This document shows, piece after piece, positions 37,678-50,549 of a stretch of DNA of 64,000 nucleotides (positions within the stretch are counted from its first letter, which is position 1; the number at the start of each line of letters is the position of its first letter). The notes beneath the pieces were generated by a model. That model was not told where the DNA came from and made no database searches. It worked only from the letters and a program-made list of their open reading frames with translations. This DNA is from Raillietiella orientalis (taxonomy: Eukaryota): positions 124,001 through 188,000 of the forward strand of contig JAYWIR010000012.1 of NCBI GenBank assembly GCA_036172245.1, written 5' to 3'. The translations under genes were made by a program, and so were the position numbers.

Positions 37678-39750
37678 TTTATCATCACCCGGTCACGCTG
37701 TAACGTTTATTATGAAAAATAAGTATATTTGTTTAGGAACATCGGCCTTACATCGTCTTAAAGCTCTCGGAACCTGCCGAGTAACCGGCACGCAGGCCAG
37801 CGAAATTCTCCACGGCAGCGGAGGGGAAGGAGACAAACAAAAAATGCAAAAAGTGTATATACAAAAATTAGAAGGGTTAGGGAAAGGATCACCGGGTGCT
37901 AGAGGGCGTCTACTGCATCCTTTCCAGGATGCCAGAAAATTCCATACAGTGTACCCCAGATGGAACCATCTTACTGCCGTCCTCATGAAGCAGGGCGAAG
38001 CAGATGGCGTCCCTCTCGAGCCGGCCTCCTCTCATGTAGCTCCAGTCCACCACAATCCTGAGTCACAGCAGCAAAGAGCTGTTAAAGATGCGGCAGGCGA
38101 AAGGCATCGCGCACGAAGAACATCACGTTCCTGGGATTGTCCGTCGGTGCACCGAAGGCCGTTGCGCAACGCAACCGCAGGGGCGGAGGGCAACAGAGTC
38201 CACAAGCAGATGCGAGAGGGCAGATAGCGCTGCAGCAGGATCTGCTCCCCATACCTGCAACAGTTGAGGTCCATAGCCCCCGGGTCCCGTGAGATTAGCG
38301 GGCGTTGCACAGGATACTCCAGTGCAACAGCAGAAGTGCCGACTCCTGCCACTTCAAAGGGAGAGCCCGGTTGTTCTTCACCTCTGGAAGCCACTCGAGA
38401 TCTTCCCGTGGTATTCCCAGCAGCTCACCCCAGCTCAATGGTGGGTCACTTGGGGTCGCAACCCGTGGTCCAACCATTTAGTTTTCTCCTCTTCTGACTG
38501 ATTCCGCAACTGACCTCCCATTTGGCCAGCTGCTTACTGCCCAGGTGCTGCCCGAGGGAGAGTAGTGCCGCGGCTGGGGAGCTTCATTGCACCCACACAC
38601 ATGTGGTGTGCTACACGATGACATCCTGCAGCGAGCGGTTGCTATAGAAGGAGTGCAGCAGTCACTGCCGCATCCGCAGGCTTGCTTCGTTGTTTTTGGC
38701 TCATGTGAGAACGATTTCCTGCAGCCAGGAACTACCATTGACGGGTCGGCAGAAGATCCAGTTGTTGGTCCTGGTCAGTTTGGCCACTCTCCGGAGCTCC
38801 AGTCCTCAGCTGGACATGTTGCGTCGGCACTGCTGCTCTAGGAACGAAGACAGTTCCGCGTAACCGGTGGCTCGCTTGATCAGGTATCGTGAGGACTGCA
38901 CCAGTTTGTGCTCCAAAACTTTGCCACTAGGGCAAGTGTCCTATCCTGGAGCTGCCGCTCGCAAGCCCGCGGCCTCTGTCGCGACGCGGAGCGCACAAGT
39001 CCTTCAAGAGGATTCGAGGTCTCCCTGTGTCCCACGGGGAGATTCTCAAAAGGCCCTTTTGTCCTCCTTTTAATGCTGCTCGGTAGGGAGCGAATCAAAA
39101 GCAAAGGCGGAAGAGGAGGACCACTAACGCGTTCCACACAGCGGCCCGTTCCCGCATTTTGGGATGGTAAGTTTCTCTTTACCATCCCAGAACGCGCCGA
39201 TCGCCGATTCTGCCTGCTGGTGGCAGCTGGGCCACGACTTCGCCGTAGAATAGTCCCCCAACGGTACACCGAGGTACTTAAAGTACCTGACCGTGGGGTT
39301 CCCCAAGAGGATCCACTCCATCTTCCCTGCCCATACCGACCCGACTGCTATCACGGGCGATTTTGCCCTGTTCACCTCCAGCCCTGTCCTGCGGGTTGAG
39401 AGCTCGAAGCAATCTTTGAGCGCCCATGCCGGGGTGGACGTGGGGAGCTTATGACCGTCCGCTTATGCTGACACAGCAGGTGTGCCTAGACACGAGCGCG
39501 GCAAGCGAGCTAGAGTCTCCTTTTACGCCCTCAGCACCAACTCGAAGTAGGTGCTTAAGAACAAGGGACTCAGGCTGTCGCCCTGCTGTATCCCGCGACC
39601 CACCCCACACAGTACACGTTTACACTGAAAGAAATGGTCAGCGCGTCGCTCCAGCAAGAGCGCAGGAAGGCCGTCAAAGGCCGGGAGGCCCAGACATCCA
39701 GGAGCTCCAGAAGAAGTGACTGGTCGACGCAGTAGACGCAGTCAAGAAGT
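37678..39750 (-). mobile_element. L1/Tx1-like LINE, RT through 3' end, converging on the 36.0-37.6 kb copy
   Basis: Minus-strand GIQQGDSLSP (about 39565-39594), FKYLGVPLG (about 39257-39283) and a degenerate zinc finger NCCRYGEQ (about 38245-38265). 3' end AATAAACGT...CGTGACCGGGTGATGATAAA at about 37678-37710. Confidence 0.82.
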
Positions 39751-39759
39751 TCCTGGCCC

Positions 39760-40510
39760 TCGCTGCTTGGTGTGCCTCCCGAAAAACTTGTGCTCCCTTC
39801 CCTTTGCGTAGACACTTCCGTGTTCCCGTTTCAGTGGAAACAGGATGTTCTGCTGGGGATAGCAGTGCAATCAGCGCACACATTTGCTTTCTGGGGAGTT
39901 GCCTCCTCTAACTGTTCCAGGTGCAGGGCGATGGAGTCGCTCCCGCACCTCTTGTTTGACTGCAGTGCCCTTGAGGACTTGTGGCGGGGACTCGCTTCGG
40001 CACTCCGTAGACCGCAGGATACTGCAACAGACTTGCTGCAGAGATTTTTCACAGAAGAAAGAGGACTGGAGAAAGGCGCTGCAATTGCAGGAATCGGTTG
40101 CATCTGCGCCATAATGACAATCCGCCATGTGCTGGAATCAAGTTCGCGGCGAAGAGAGGCCACCAGCATGGCAGCAGCAGCCCTTATAAAGGCAGCAGCA
40201 AGGTGGTCTCATTTGCCAGAAGAATTCGCCGCGATATCGCCACTATCCAGGTTCGCTTCTGAAAATTAAGGAATGTTACGTACCAAAGACACCCTGTCCA
40301 CACCCTTCCGTCTTTTGTATTCATTTATTTATTGTGCCCTCCCTCCATTCCTTAATTTTTGGAAGCTGGCTTGCGCGCCGGTGATCATCTCGGGTAGGCT
40401 TTTTTCCTCTTTTTGGCCTTTCGTGTTTGTAAGGGGATATTCTTCTTTCCTTCCTACTCGTAGTTTATTTTGTTCTTGTTTCAAAATAAACGTCCCGGAG
40501 CAACCGAGTT
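39760..40510 (+). mobile_element. L1/Tx1-like LINE 3' fragment with ORF2 C-terminus still open
   Basis: ORF 39772..40269 contains NCSRCRAMESLPHLLFDCSALEDLW (zf-RVT). T-rich UTR and AATAAACGTCCCGG at 40485-40498. Confidence 0.85.
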
Positions 40511-40579
40511 CAAACATCGTTACCAAATTTTTTTTTGAAATCCCAAGGTTACCTGAATCTCGGGATCCCAGAGAGTCAA

Positions 40580-41150
40580 AGATGAGAGCATGTCCCCTCT
40601 CTGCCTAGCTGGAGGGCTACTTCCATGTATTTTTCCCGTTTTCTTCTTCTGGCTGCTCTGAACACCTCTCCTCCACCCTCGCACGGGCAGGAGACGTCAA
40701 GCACTATAAACCGGTTTCCTTTTATCATCACGAAGTCCGGTCTTAAGAGGGACTTCGTTCCTGGAGCTCTCTGGCTAGTGGACATGAGGTTCCACTAACC
40801 AGAGAGTTTACCTCGAATAGTGATGCCCAGAGTTTGCCTCGTTGCCAAGTTGATCAGATCGATACCACCGTAACACAGTTCCATGGTTCTGGCATCAAGA
40901 ACAAGCAAGCATAAAATCCCTGAAGCATGAAACCTCGACCCTCTGAAACTTCCAACCTCTGAAGCCCAGAACTGCAGGTGCATGGGGGAAAGTGTCTGCC
41001 CAAGGTTTAAATCTTTGTTAACTTTCTCGGTTCTCAAGATTTGCAGGGAAGTACATTTGCATGGAGAGCAGATGATCTTCTCCACGGAACACCGAGGAGA
41101 AATTGTTTGCACCAGAATAATGCAACTTGGTTTGCGATAAACGAAGAAAC
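40580..41150 (-). mobile_element. R2/NeSL-type non-LTR retrotransposon relic (restriction-like endonuclease domain)
   Basis: LLRPDFVMIKGNRFIVLDVSCPCE...AARRRKREKY matches the RLE pattern PD-x12-D...KxxKY. A Cys-rich segment lies upstream (RCSVEKIICSPCKC). Confidence 0.78.
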
Positions 41151-41973
41151 GGGAAACCGAACCCACGAACGAGGCTTGGGTTCCATATCCCATATTCCCG
41201 GATGTTTCGAAAATCCATAAGCTTCACTGTTTGGTAAGAAAAATGAGATGATCGAAGGTCTGCGCCATCAGATGGGAGTCCTCCGCTGAGAACATCCTTT
41301 ACTGATGAATCACTCTCGGATCTGAATTCAGTTTTCTCAAAGCACATTTCACTTCTCAATCAAACATCGCTAAGCTCTCGAGTTTTCTATGTAAGCCCAT
41401 GCTAAACAGAATTGGAGATTGTAGATCACGGCTGTCTTCCCGCCCTTTCAGTTGTTTTTATATAGACGAAAAGGCAGTAAGGGGTCCGAATTTCTATCTC
41501 GTTTTCATCCAACTCCTACCGCATTATAAAGTGTATTTATGTACATTGCACGCATTTGTGGTGTTCATAAGCCGAAGCGTGCTTACATTTCTCATCCGAA
41601 ATCTAATTGGAAATGTCCAAAAATGCGAATACGTTCAACTTAATGCATAGAATGCGATGAATTATGCTCATTTTTAATTCAGTTGGATTAAATGGGCTTA
41701 GCGTCTGTGCACAGACACTAAATATAAGAGAACATGTGCATTCAGATTTACTTTCCTCCTCTCTTGTGAATCCTTAATCCATTTTGCTCTCATTCTGAGA
41801 TTACATTTTCGGAGGAGCATCCGAAATTCGACGGATGGTGTATAATTTCGAAATATCATGGAAGATAACAGCAGCAAAAGTGAATTTCCTTGTCTACTTT
41901 TCATTTTCTCTCCATGAGGAAAGTTCAGCCGGCGGCAGTCAAGGGGATCAAACTTCATCTCATTTTTATTTAA

Positions 41974-43370
41974 CCCTTTGAGTACCATGGACGCATCTAC
42001 GCTCCTGGCAAATGTCTCTACCCTGCACACGCGACATCCGTTAACCTTATCCATGTCTGAGATGGATGCATCCGCTTACGTTCTTATAATCAATTCCCTT
42101 AGCAGCGGCAGTAAACAAAGTTCTGTTTATACGGCCAACGATTCGCGGTTTTCAAGAGTCACCTCTCTGAGAAACCGAGAACGGCATAACTACGCGTGGT
42201 CCAGGGTAACCAAGAAAAATCTACGCCACATCATAAGAGGACACCAGTGCCTTCCATGAAGCTGCTCATAGCTACGGGCTGATATATTCAACCTGTGGGC
42301 GATAGGGACGACGCTCTGGAGGAGTGACCTACCGCCGGACATCCAGGACAACCTACTGATGTTCTATCATGGACGAATCCTGAGCGGGTCCAGAATGCAA
42401 CACTTTACAGGAAGAAGAGGAGATGGAACTTGCAAGGCGTGTGGTGACAGGGACACGAGACCCATGTGCTAACCTGTCTCACAATGCACCAGGACTGGCA
42501 GACCCTGCATGAGTCATAGAGCTGCCGAACACCTCGACGATGGAAGTCCTAGCTGGGTTGTTTCAGGGAAACGAAAACGTTCCCCTATACAACCCGATGG
42601 TTAGGACAACTATTGCCCTATTCATCACCGCCATCCTAGTAAGATGGTGGAAGATGAAGACTGCCAGAGCAACTGCATCCCCCATTGAAATCCTACGAGG
42701 AGTCATCCAGAAGGAGATCGGAATCAGGAACTGTAAGAAAGAGCTTACCTGGACCTACAGACCTATATCCTGAGAAGGATTGAGTGTATCGTTCAGGCAC
42801 ACCCAACACGTGGTCCTCCCTAGTGCAGACCTTACCATAGTGACTCCCCCAAGTGGAGAAAAAAAAAGTGACAGTAAAGGAACTCGAATGTTTGGTCTGA
42901 ATGAGTATGTAGTGTGAATGGAAAAGAACAGCATAATATTTTAGTTGTGTCTTGTGTAGTTTATTATATTGTACCACATACAAATGAATTGTTGATTCCA
43001 TTGGGATTATAATTTTTAAGCAAATAATATATGTTTGGGGAAGGTGAAAATATTTTTCTCGGTATATGATTTTTTATAGTGCCTTTCATCTTTGTGCCCA
43101 TCATCTTAAAAATGTGAATGAATTATTGATTTATTCGAATGGCAATTATAATTTTTACACAAATACTATATGTTTGAGGAAAATGGAGATATTTTATTTC
43201 ATGTGGCTTGAAATAAACAAGGATAATAGTAACTTTTAATCAGCACTTTATGTAGTCAATCGGCACCTCGGTGGTACGCGGAAAAGCGTTCCGTCCACAG
43301 AGGTCGCCACTGTGACGCGAATGCCGTCCACACAGGACGTTTCAATCGGATGAGCTCTGCACCCGAAGGG
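41974..43370. mobile_element. Possible piggyBac-like non-autonomous element with a nested LINE 3' fragment (about 42250-42950)
   Basis: TTAA|CCCTTTGAGTAC at 41970-41985 and GCACCCGAAGGG|TTAA at 43359-43374 (9/12 inverted match, TTAA on both sides). The interior has CKACG plus W-rich LINE-like C-terminal coding remnants. Confidence 0.5.
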
Positions 43371-43499
43371 TTAAAGAGTTCACACGCACCCTCGGGTGGC
43401 GCGGACAGCGTTAAAGAGATTCGCGGTTCCCTCGGCGAACGGTTCCTGAGCACTCCACGTACGCATTAGAAAACCGAAACGTGCGCTATCGAGTGGTTT

Positions 43500-46400
43500 C
43501 GGGTATCTTGAAAGATGTCAGGCATCCATGTGTGTTTTCCCGGAAGCTTGTTCCTCGCATATTAGGTAGGACTCTGGGCTGCTGGCTACCACGCAGCTCA
43601 TCAGCTTCAAACCTTCGACCAGCTTTCTCTCCAGTGCCCGAGGTCTCACAAAGAGTGATTCAGGATTGGCGACTTGCCATTTGATCTAACGGGGGAAAGC
43701 CCACATGTCATATCGGAACACATACTCGAAATTGCATGTTTAGTCCTGAGCCACCCTAGAGGCAGATCGCGCGGGCGCCAAAGCGGGGTCGAGGGAGCTC
43801 GGAAAGCAGACCACGCACGGTGGAGTCGAAGGGGAGGATTCCGTCGCGCCTGCGAGCTCCCGCTCTCCTGCAGAAATCCCTTCGCGGCACCCACTGAGCA
43901 GCCCATTAGTCCCGGATGGACGGAAGGACTTCCCGTGACCAAGTGGCGGTCGGACGCCCGGTCGAGATCCGTTCAGGGGGCGTCCCTCTTCAGGTTGGGG
44001 ACGCGCGAATCGCGACGGACCTTGGAGAGTGCCTGGTGCGAGCAGAACACCGTGACACGGCGCGAAGTGCGTTGCGGGCTTGCGGCCGCACACACGGTTC
44101 TGTCCCCATCCCCCACCAATTCCATGATGCTGGTGGGTGAAGTCTGCACCTGTGGTACAGCGAGGAGGAGCAAAGGACGGAGGCAGGAGAGAAAAAGAAC
44201 GGGAAGTCTGGGCAGCTGAGAGGTCAGCCCCAGCTGAAGGGGAAGCAGCGCTTCGTTTTGAACTTCCGGCCTTTCTGACTACTCTTAACCGGCGGCTGCC
44301 TCCGAGGTCCTCGCCATACTAAGAAACAGTCCACTAAAGACCGGCAGCAGAGACATCTGAGGTTAGCGTCCCAAGAGAGCTCAGTGCCTGTCGACTCAGT
44401 CCAAGAGTAGAGGTCAGAATGGGATCATCCCCTTCTCAGAGCGGCTTCCTTGACCTTGGTACATGGTGATTTCCTCTTTTTTGTTTCTGCAGAAGGTGGA
44501 GAAAGTGCTCCTCCCGCGACAGGTCTCGCCGTTGGACGCGTAGTGACGGTGGAAGGCCCCCGCGATCCCATCTGAGGTGTAGCACATCCGGTCTTCGTGC
44601 CGCATGCAGATGTCCGTCGCCAGATTCTTCTTTTTCGGCATGCCAACTTCTCCCTTCACTGATCAGAAGACGTACTGTTCCCAGTGCCGTGAGAGGAGGT
44701 GGTCTTGGACGTTCGACTCCTGGTACGCTTCTGCCTTCAGTTCTTCCCGCCATGCTGCATGTTAGCGAACAGGTGAATGGCGTGTTTCAACCGGTCCCAT
44801 TCGTTGAATCTGCGGATGCTGGCGTCCCGCAGAATCGCCTGGATCAGCTGCTGGTGACCTTGGGTCGCGAACCACGCGGACATGCAGAGGAGCACATCCC
44901 TGGAGCCTGTTGGGGTGCGGAAAGGGATCACGTCCTTCTGGGGGCGGTCCTCTGCACCCTTTGGAGGATGCTGACAAGCTCTTGCTGCATATTGTCTTTC
45001 AAGTAGGGCCATCTCTTTGCCATCCTCATGAATCCGACAGCGAAGTGAATGGCATCCCTCTCGCTTGGTCCTCCTCTTGCGTTGCTCCAGGCAGCTATAA
45101 TCCCGCGCAGGCAGCAGAGGGCTGCTAGAGAGACTGCCGGCCGAAGGCCGTGGAGTGCAAGGAAGGGTCTTAAAGTCTCGCTCGAGTTGCCACTGGTGGT
45201 TCCAAGGGTTGCTCAGAGGAGGTTGCTCGGGTCGCTGGAGTCGTTCAGAGAAGCTGGGGGGCAACACAGTCCACTAGCAGTTGCGGAGGGATTCCTGCTC
45301 CCCGCACCTGCATCAGTTGGAGTCCCTCCGGCTCCAGTGGGTCCGGCGGGCGTTGCACAGGATATTCCAGTGCAGCAGCATTAACGACGACTTCTGCCAA
45401 TTCAAGGGGAGGGTGCGGGTGTCCAAGAGAAACGGAGACCACTGCAGATGTTCCACCGGAATTTCCAATAGCTTGTCACAGCGCAGAAGCCCTCGAAGTG
45501 GGGCACCTGGGGTCGCAGAGTCTGTAAGCTGTCCCGTCGTCCATTCAACCAGTCCTTTCCTCCTGGCGGAGATTTTTATGCTGACCTCCCAGCCAGACGG
45601 AAGGCATGCTGCCCATGTGCTTTCTCAGGGAGGTCAGCGCTGCAGCACTCCCGCGTCGAGAGTGCCCAGTCCTTCTAACGGAGCCACTTCCTGCCTCCGG
45701 GAGTTCTTGCGTCGGAGGAGGAGGACGGCAATATTCCCGGTGTTCCTACAAATGGGGGAATCGCTGGTGAAAACGAGAATTCCGACACGCGTCCACTGCT
45801 GTGAGTCACCACGCAGCTCTTCATCACCCGGAACGCTCATTCGAGCGATCCCTTTCAGACTCACGGTCTCCCGTGAACGCAGTCACCAGCTTCCTGCAGT
45901 CGTCCGTGATGCACCGAAACGAATTTGCCAGGGAGTCAATCGGTGCTCGATGGTCATCTCGCGTTTCTTATGGCCGGTCCTCGGATTGCCGCAACCAACA
46001 GCAGAGGTAGAACGTCGCTAGAAGGAAGCACCGTCGTCACTTCCGGCGCACCTAGGTGCTTTCTTGCAGGCCGAACTGGTTTCCTTGGCCGCGACGCTTT
46101 TCTAGCTCGTCCCGTCGTGCTCCTGCTACAATAACCAACGGCCGCGAATAGCAGCTGTCTCTGAATCTAGGAGGCGGGCCTTCTGTAGCCAGAGACAACT
46201 GCTGGAACCAAATGAGTTTCTCTCGTAGCCCCTTAAAGTGGCAGCAGTCGGCGCTGCTTCTGCTGCACTGGCGCCTCTCGTGCAACGCCCGCAGGCATCA
46301 CTGAACGTGGGGGGGGAGTGGGACCAAACTGTGGTATGTCGGGGAAAGTTCATCCCTTCCTCACCTGCTTGTGGATCCTGTTTCCCTCCAGCACCCTCTG

Positions 46401-47200
46401 GGAACGCTCCGCAGCAGCCCTAGGAGCCCCCAGCTGCAACTCCAGGCACGCTTTTCCGTACGCGATGCTCTACTGCCAGTCGCAACTCTAGCAGCTCTTT
46501 GCTGCCTATGCAGGATTGTAGCGTACCGGAGCCACACAAGAGGACGGAACGACAGGGGTGCCACATCCACTTTGCCGCAAGCTTCATGAGGATGGCAAAA
46601 GGATAGCCCCACCTGAAGGAGCAGTATGCAGCCTCTGCTTTCCTCCGGAGTCAGATAGGAAAGCAAAGGCTGACGACTGCAGCACCAAAGTAGGTGTTCC
46701 GAATTCCAGAACACCTCTGCAAGCTTGCGGAACGGATTGTTTGTTGCTTAGATCAAAAACGCCGCAGGACGGCAGAACTTTCGGGAGTGCGTGAAAAGGC
46801 GGGGCGCCATCCGGCCCTCGAAAATGAACTCTCCGAAGAGCCCCTGGAGCTTTCTTGACGTCGTTGTACCCCCTTGTTGCAAGGATTGCTACCGTCCCTT
46901 CTCTCTTTGCTCTCACCGAATCGTGCAGCTCACCTGTCTGTGTGGAAGATGTATTTTTCCCAGTCTTCCTCCCTCCCTCAGGTTCCCTCGACCGCTACCC
47001 TAGAGTCTTCCAGTCGTTCCTCGAAGCATCCAGCCACCCCCATGCATCAGTGGCATTAGCTGGCTCCTATGGCTGCACGCGCGGCGCCGAAGATAAAGTT
47101 TTCCTCGGTCCCCACAGGACTCACTTTCCCCGGAGTGACGAGACCAGCTAATCCCTATTCGCGAAGGATTCTCACTGCTCAGCAAGTGGGCTTGGGGAAG
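43500..47200. mobile_element. Cluster of L1/Tx1-like LINE fragments in both orientations
   Basis: Minus-strand APE-RT linker-like segments (EWDRLKHAI; YTSDGIAGAFHRHY at 44.5-44.9 kb). 45346-45414 is homologous to about 38298-38366. 44980-45135 is an inverted homologue of about 46480-46635. Confidence 0.65.
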
Positions 47201-47959
47201 ACGTTGGCGTCACCCGGGGAAAGGATGGAAGTTTCGATCAGCGAACAAGCGTCCGGGAATGGGCTGCAAGCGAGGCACGGGTGCCCGTTCATTCTGCTGA
47301 GCAGCCCGCGGGATGTCAGGTGCTGTCAGTTCAAAAACAAAAATCTCCATCTCGCGCCTGGCGGAGGGACATTCAGCGCGTACGGAGCCGGAAGGCAAAA
47401 AAAGAAAGGAGAAGAGAAAGAGTGACATCGGTGAGAAGATGGTGATCATCGTTTACCGTCGCATCTCTCTGATGTCATCGCGCCAAGAAGCTATCCGCTT
47501 TTCTCGAGCCGCACATCGATTTCCAGACGTTGCCTGGTTACCTCCGGTAAAGCCTGCTATGTTCTCAAGTTCCTCCTGTCGTATCCGAAGGTAAAGCGGC
47601 CTGGCTTGTAATGATAACGTGGACATACATATGTATAATACAAATTCCTCAGTAGTGTATTAGCTGCCAAGCGAATAATTTTTTTTCAAAAATATATTTC
47701 CAGGTGCGTGCTAAAAATTGGCGAAAACGAATAAACACTTCAAACGCACAGCAAATGCATCTGTCGTAAATTTCAATGAAAGAAAAAGAAAGAAAAAATT
47801 TGATTCATAATAATTCCGTGATTGTACAGAAAAAAAGAAACTTCGTACATAGGAAAAATGCAAAAAGCTCAATCTGATTCTGCAGTGTGATGTTTTTGAA
47901 AGCAGGATCCCACGCAAAGTGGCACCTCACGGGTTCAGCACCGGCATCGTCTTTCCTTA

Positions 47960-48660
47960 CGAATGCCATGTTTTGAACACCACACGATACATCTTCGCGG
48001 TGCACTGTTTTTTGATGGTACAAAATTTGGAGAATGTTTTGCGATGAGGCGTGCAGTTGCAGTTGCAGTTGGCAGTTGCAGTTGGTCGACCACCTATCCC
48101 ATTTTCTTGGGTTGAAGATTCCTCAATAATTTGTTCCACACATTCGAGCCAAAAATTGAATGGATTCAATTTTTCATGTAATAAATGTGAATCCGAGCAC
48201 GTAACTTCTGAAAGATGGAGGAATACTTTCCTCCTGCAATACTTCTTTAACCTCTTTCTTGCCGGCGCGTACGCTGCAATTCTACCATCGCTTCCGCCCA
48301 CTCCACCCACTTTTCTTCTCCATGGTCAGAAACCACTTCAAGCCCTCTTTTTACAGCACCTCGTCCTCTGTTTCCATCGTATTGGAGCCATGTGTATTGT
48401 ACTGAGGAACAGTACATGCCTTTCGTGCCGCCACTTCAATAACATGATTTTGTCGTTACATCTTTCAACGTACTGTCCTTTCTTCAGGGAAATTGTTTTC
48501 ATGTCTTCAGGAATACCAACTCTCGGCTGTCTCATTGTACCAATGATGTCTGCCCTACGAGTACATAGTTTCTGTGCGAGTTCCAAACTTGTGTACCAGT
48601 TATGCAAGTGGAATGTATATCCCTGGCCTAACAGGTCACGAGAAAGTTTTCAAGAACGAT
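47960..48660 (-). pseudogene. piggyBac (DDE_Tnp_1_7) transposase relic, C-terminal half
   Basis: LLGQGYTFHLHNWYTSLELA...IIGTMRQPRVGIP...LKKG...LLKWRHERHVLFLSTIH, then after a frameshift MGGVGGSD...YAPARKRLKKY...VFLHL and a Cys-rich tail. Both catalytic Asp positions are substituted (DNWY>HNWY, GGVD>GGVG). Confidence 0.92.
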
Positions 48661-50549
48661 GCGAGTTGCGCTCTTATACCGAGGAGAATTTCGACCATAT
48701 TCTGTACTTTGGCCCATTATTATTTTCCTCAATTAACCCAGTATGTACAAAGTATGTAGACAAAACCCAGTATGTAAAACGAAAGAAGAATTTTTTGTCT
48801 GGTTGCCATCACTTCGAAAACGTTTTGATGAAAAATTAAGGTCATTGCACATTGCAGCGCCGATCAGAATATAAGCAAAGTACACATTCAAATGAGATTG
48901 CGTCAGTTTTTCACGAAAATTTCGTATTTTCACGGCAAAGGGTAATTTTTGCTTTTTTCACATTCGTCAAACGCGCCACATTGGAACCTTTACAAAACGT
49001 ATATGTGCACGTCAAACTCGCTTAACAGGACAATATCCATCGTGCAGCGTATAGTACAGAGGTTACCACGATGCGAGTGTGATGCGCAAGTACGGGCACC
49101 TGAGAATCCTGTTGCTGGGGCACCGAGGACCAGCGTAGGGCTAGTTTCCTTCATATCAGCAAGGATCCACCTCATCGATCTCTAAGACAAAAAGCTGGAC
49201 GTTTCCTTGTTATTGAAGACCTTGGGCTCTCCCTTTCCTCATAAATGGGAAAAGTCTGGGACATTTGTGAAACGACTCTGCCAACTGGCGCGTTTCTTTC
49301 ACCCCCGGACTTTGCCTCCGCCTTTTGTACTGAAGGAGGAGATCTCTCTTAGGGAAAACACGTAGCTTTGACTGCATCCCGGCAACGCAAGGTATCTACC
49401 GCACGCCCACACCTTCTCGAAGCCTCTCGGATCTTTTTCACAGCGCCTGACCGGCGGGTCATTCGGTCAGGAGACACATCCAGGCAGAGTTTGCATTCCA
49501 CAGGCTCTCGAAAATTCTGCCGCTCTCAGTTCTACTTTCAGTCCCTTCTTAGAGAACAGGAAGGTCAACAAACGGATTGAAGACTACTCTACTGATTCTA
49601 AAGATCCTAAAGCTCACGCTCCTTAGAATGGAGAGGGTCACGTTGACAGATGAGAGTGGGACGTGTGTCGTTTACTACGAGAAGGAATTTTGCCCGGTGT
49701 GCTGAAAACCTTTGAGCAAATTCTTTTCTTATTAGATTATCTTATGTCATTTTATCAGTTTGTCAAATTTCCTTTCTATTTCTAGGGTTTCATGCGTATA
49801 TCACAAAGTGGAGAATCGTACTGGTAACCCAGGTAACTGAGATTATAACGGATTAGGGGCAACCTCGCCACTTTTGCGATTCCAGCAAGTCAGTCTTAAT
49901 AAAACGAAAAGAATTTATGATTTCTTTAACGATCTTCTCTTCAGCATATCTGTGTGAGAGTATATTTTCTATTTAATTTCTATCAGAAGAAACATTCCGC
50001 ACGTCCGCCGTCGAATCTCCTGGGGCCTATAGCGCTTTGGAGGCGGATGCAACCATCGCTCGATGCTTTCTCTGGCTGGAGGCACGAATTGGCTCCGGAA
50101 ACGGAGAAGAGAGAATCAGACGTTGAACCAAACGTTCCAAATACATTAAATAACTCGTAGCTCCGAGACTACGAATTGCATCCTTATCGTAACACCTGTG
50201 GGTTTTTTTTTTTTTTTTGCCTCTTTGCTTTTTTTGTTTTTTCATGCATATGACATCAAAGTCGCATATAGTATATGTTACGACTTTATTTTTTAAAATA
50301 TCGTATCTCGAGATGAATAGACTGCTTGAAATTTTGTGGCGTTTTCTGGGTCAGGAAGTCCATCGTGGCGAGCTGTAAAACGCGTGGTCGCATTGGATTC
50401 GCAGGAGGTAACCGGTTGTCGGCAGGAGATTGCCGATCTCAGCGCGCGAAAGGGTCACCACCACTGCTCTTACCAGAAGCTCCTGCTTTTGGTAAGAGAG
50501 TTCCATTCCAGATAGGTTTCATCCGGATTGGCAACGAGGCAGGGACATT

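Noticed and set aside
37678..40510. Twin-priming 5' inversion of a single LINE
   Set aside because: The inverted segment has its own zinc-finger region and 3' terminus, so these are two separate copies.
48051..48839. 262-aa plus-strand ORF
   Set aside because: It is the antisense shadow of the minus-strand piggyBac transposase relic.
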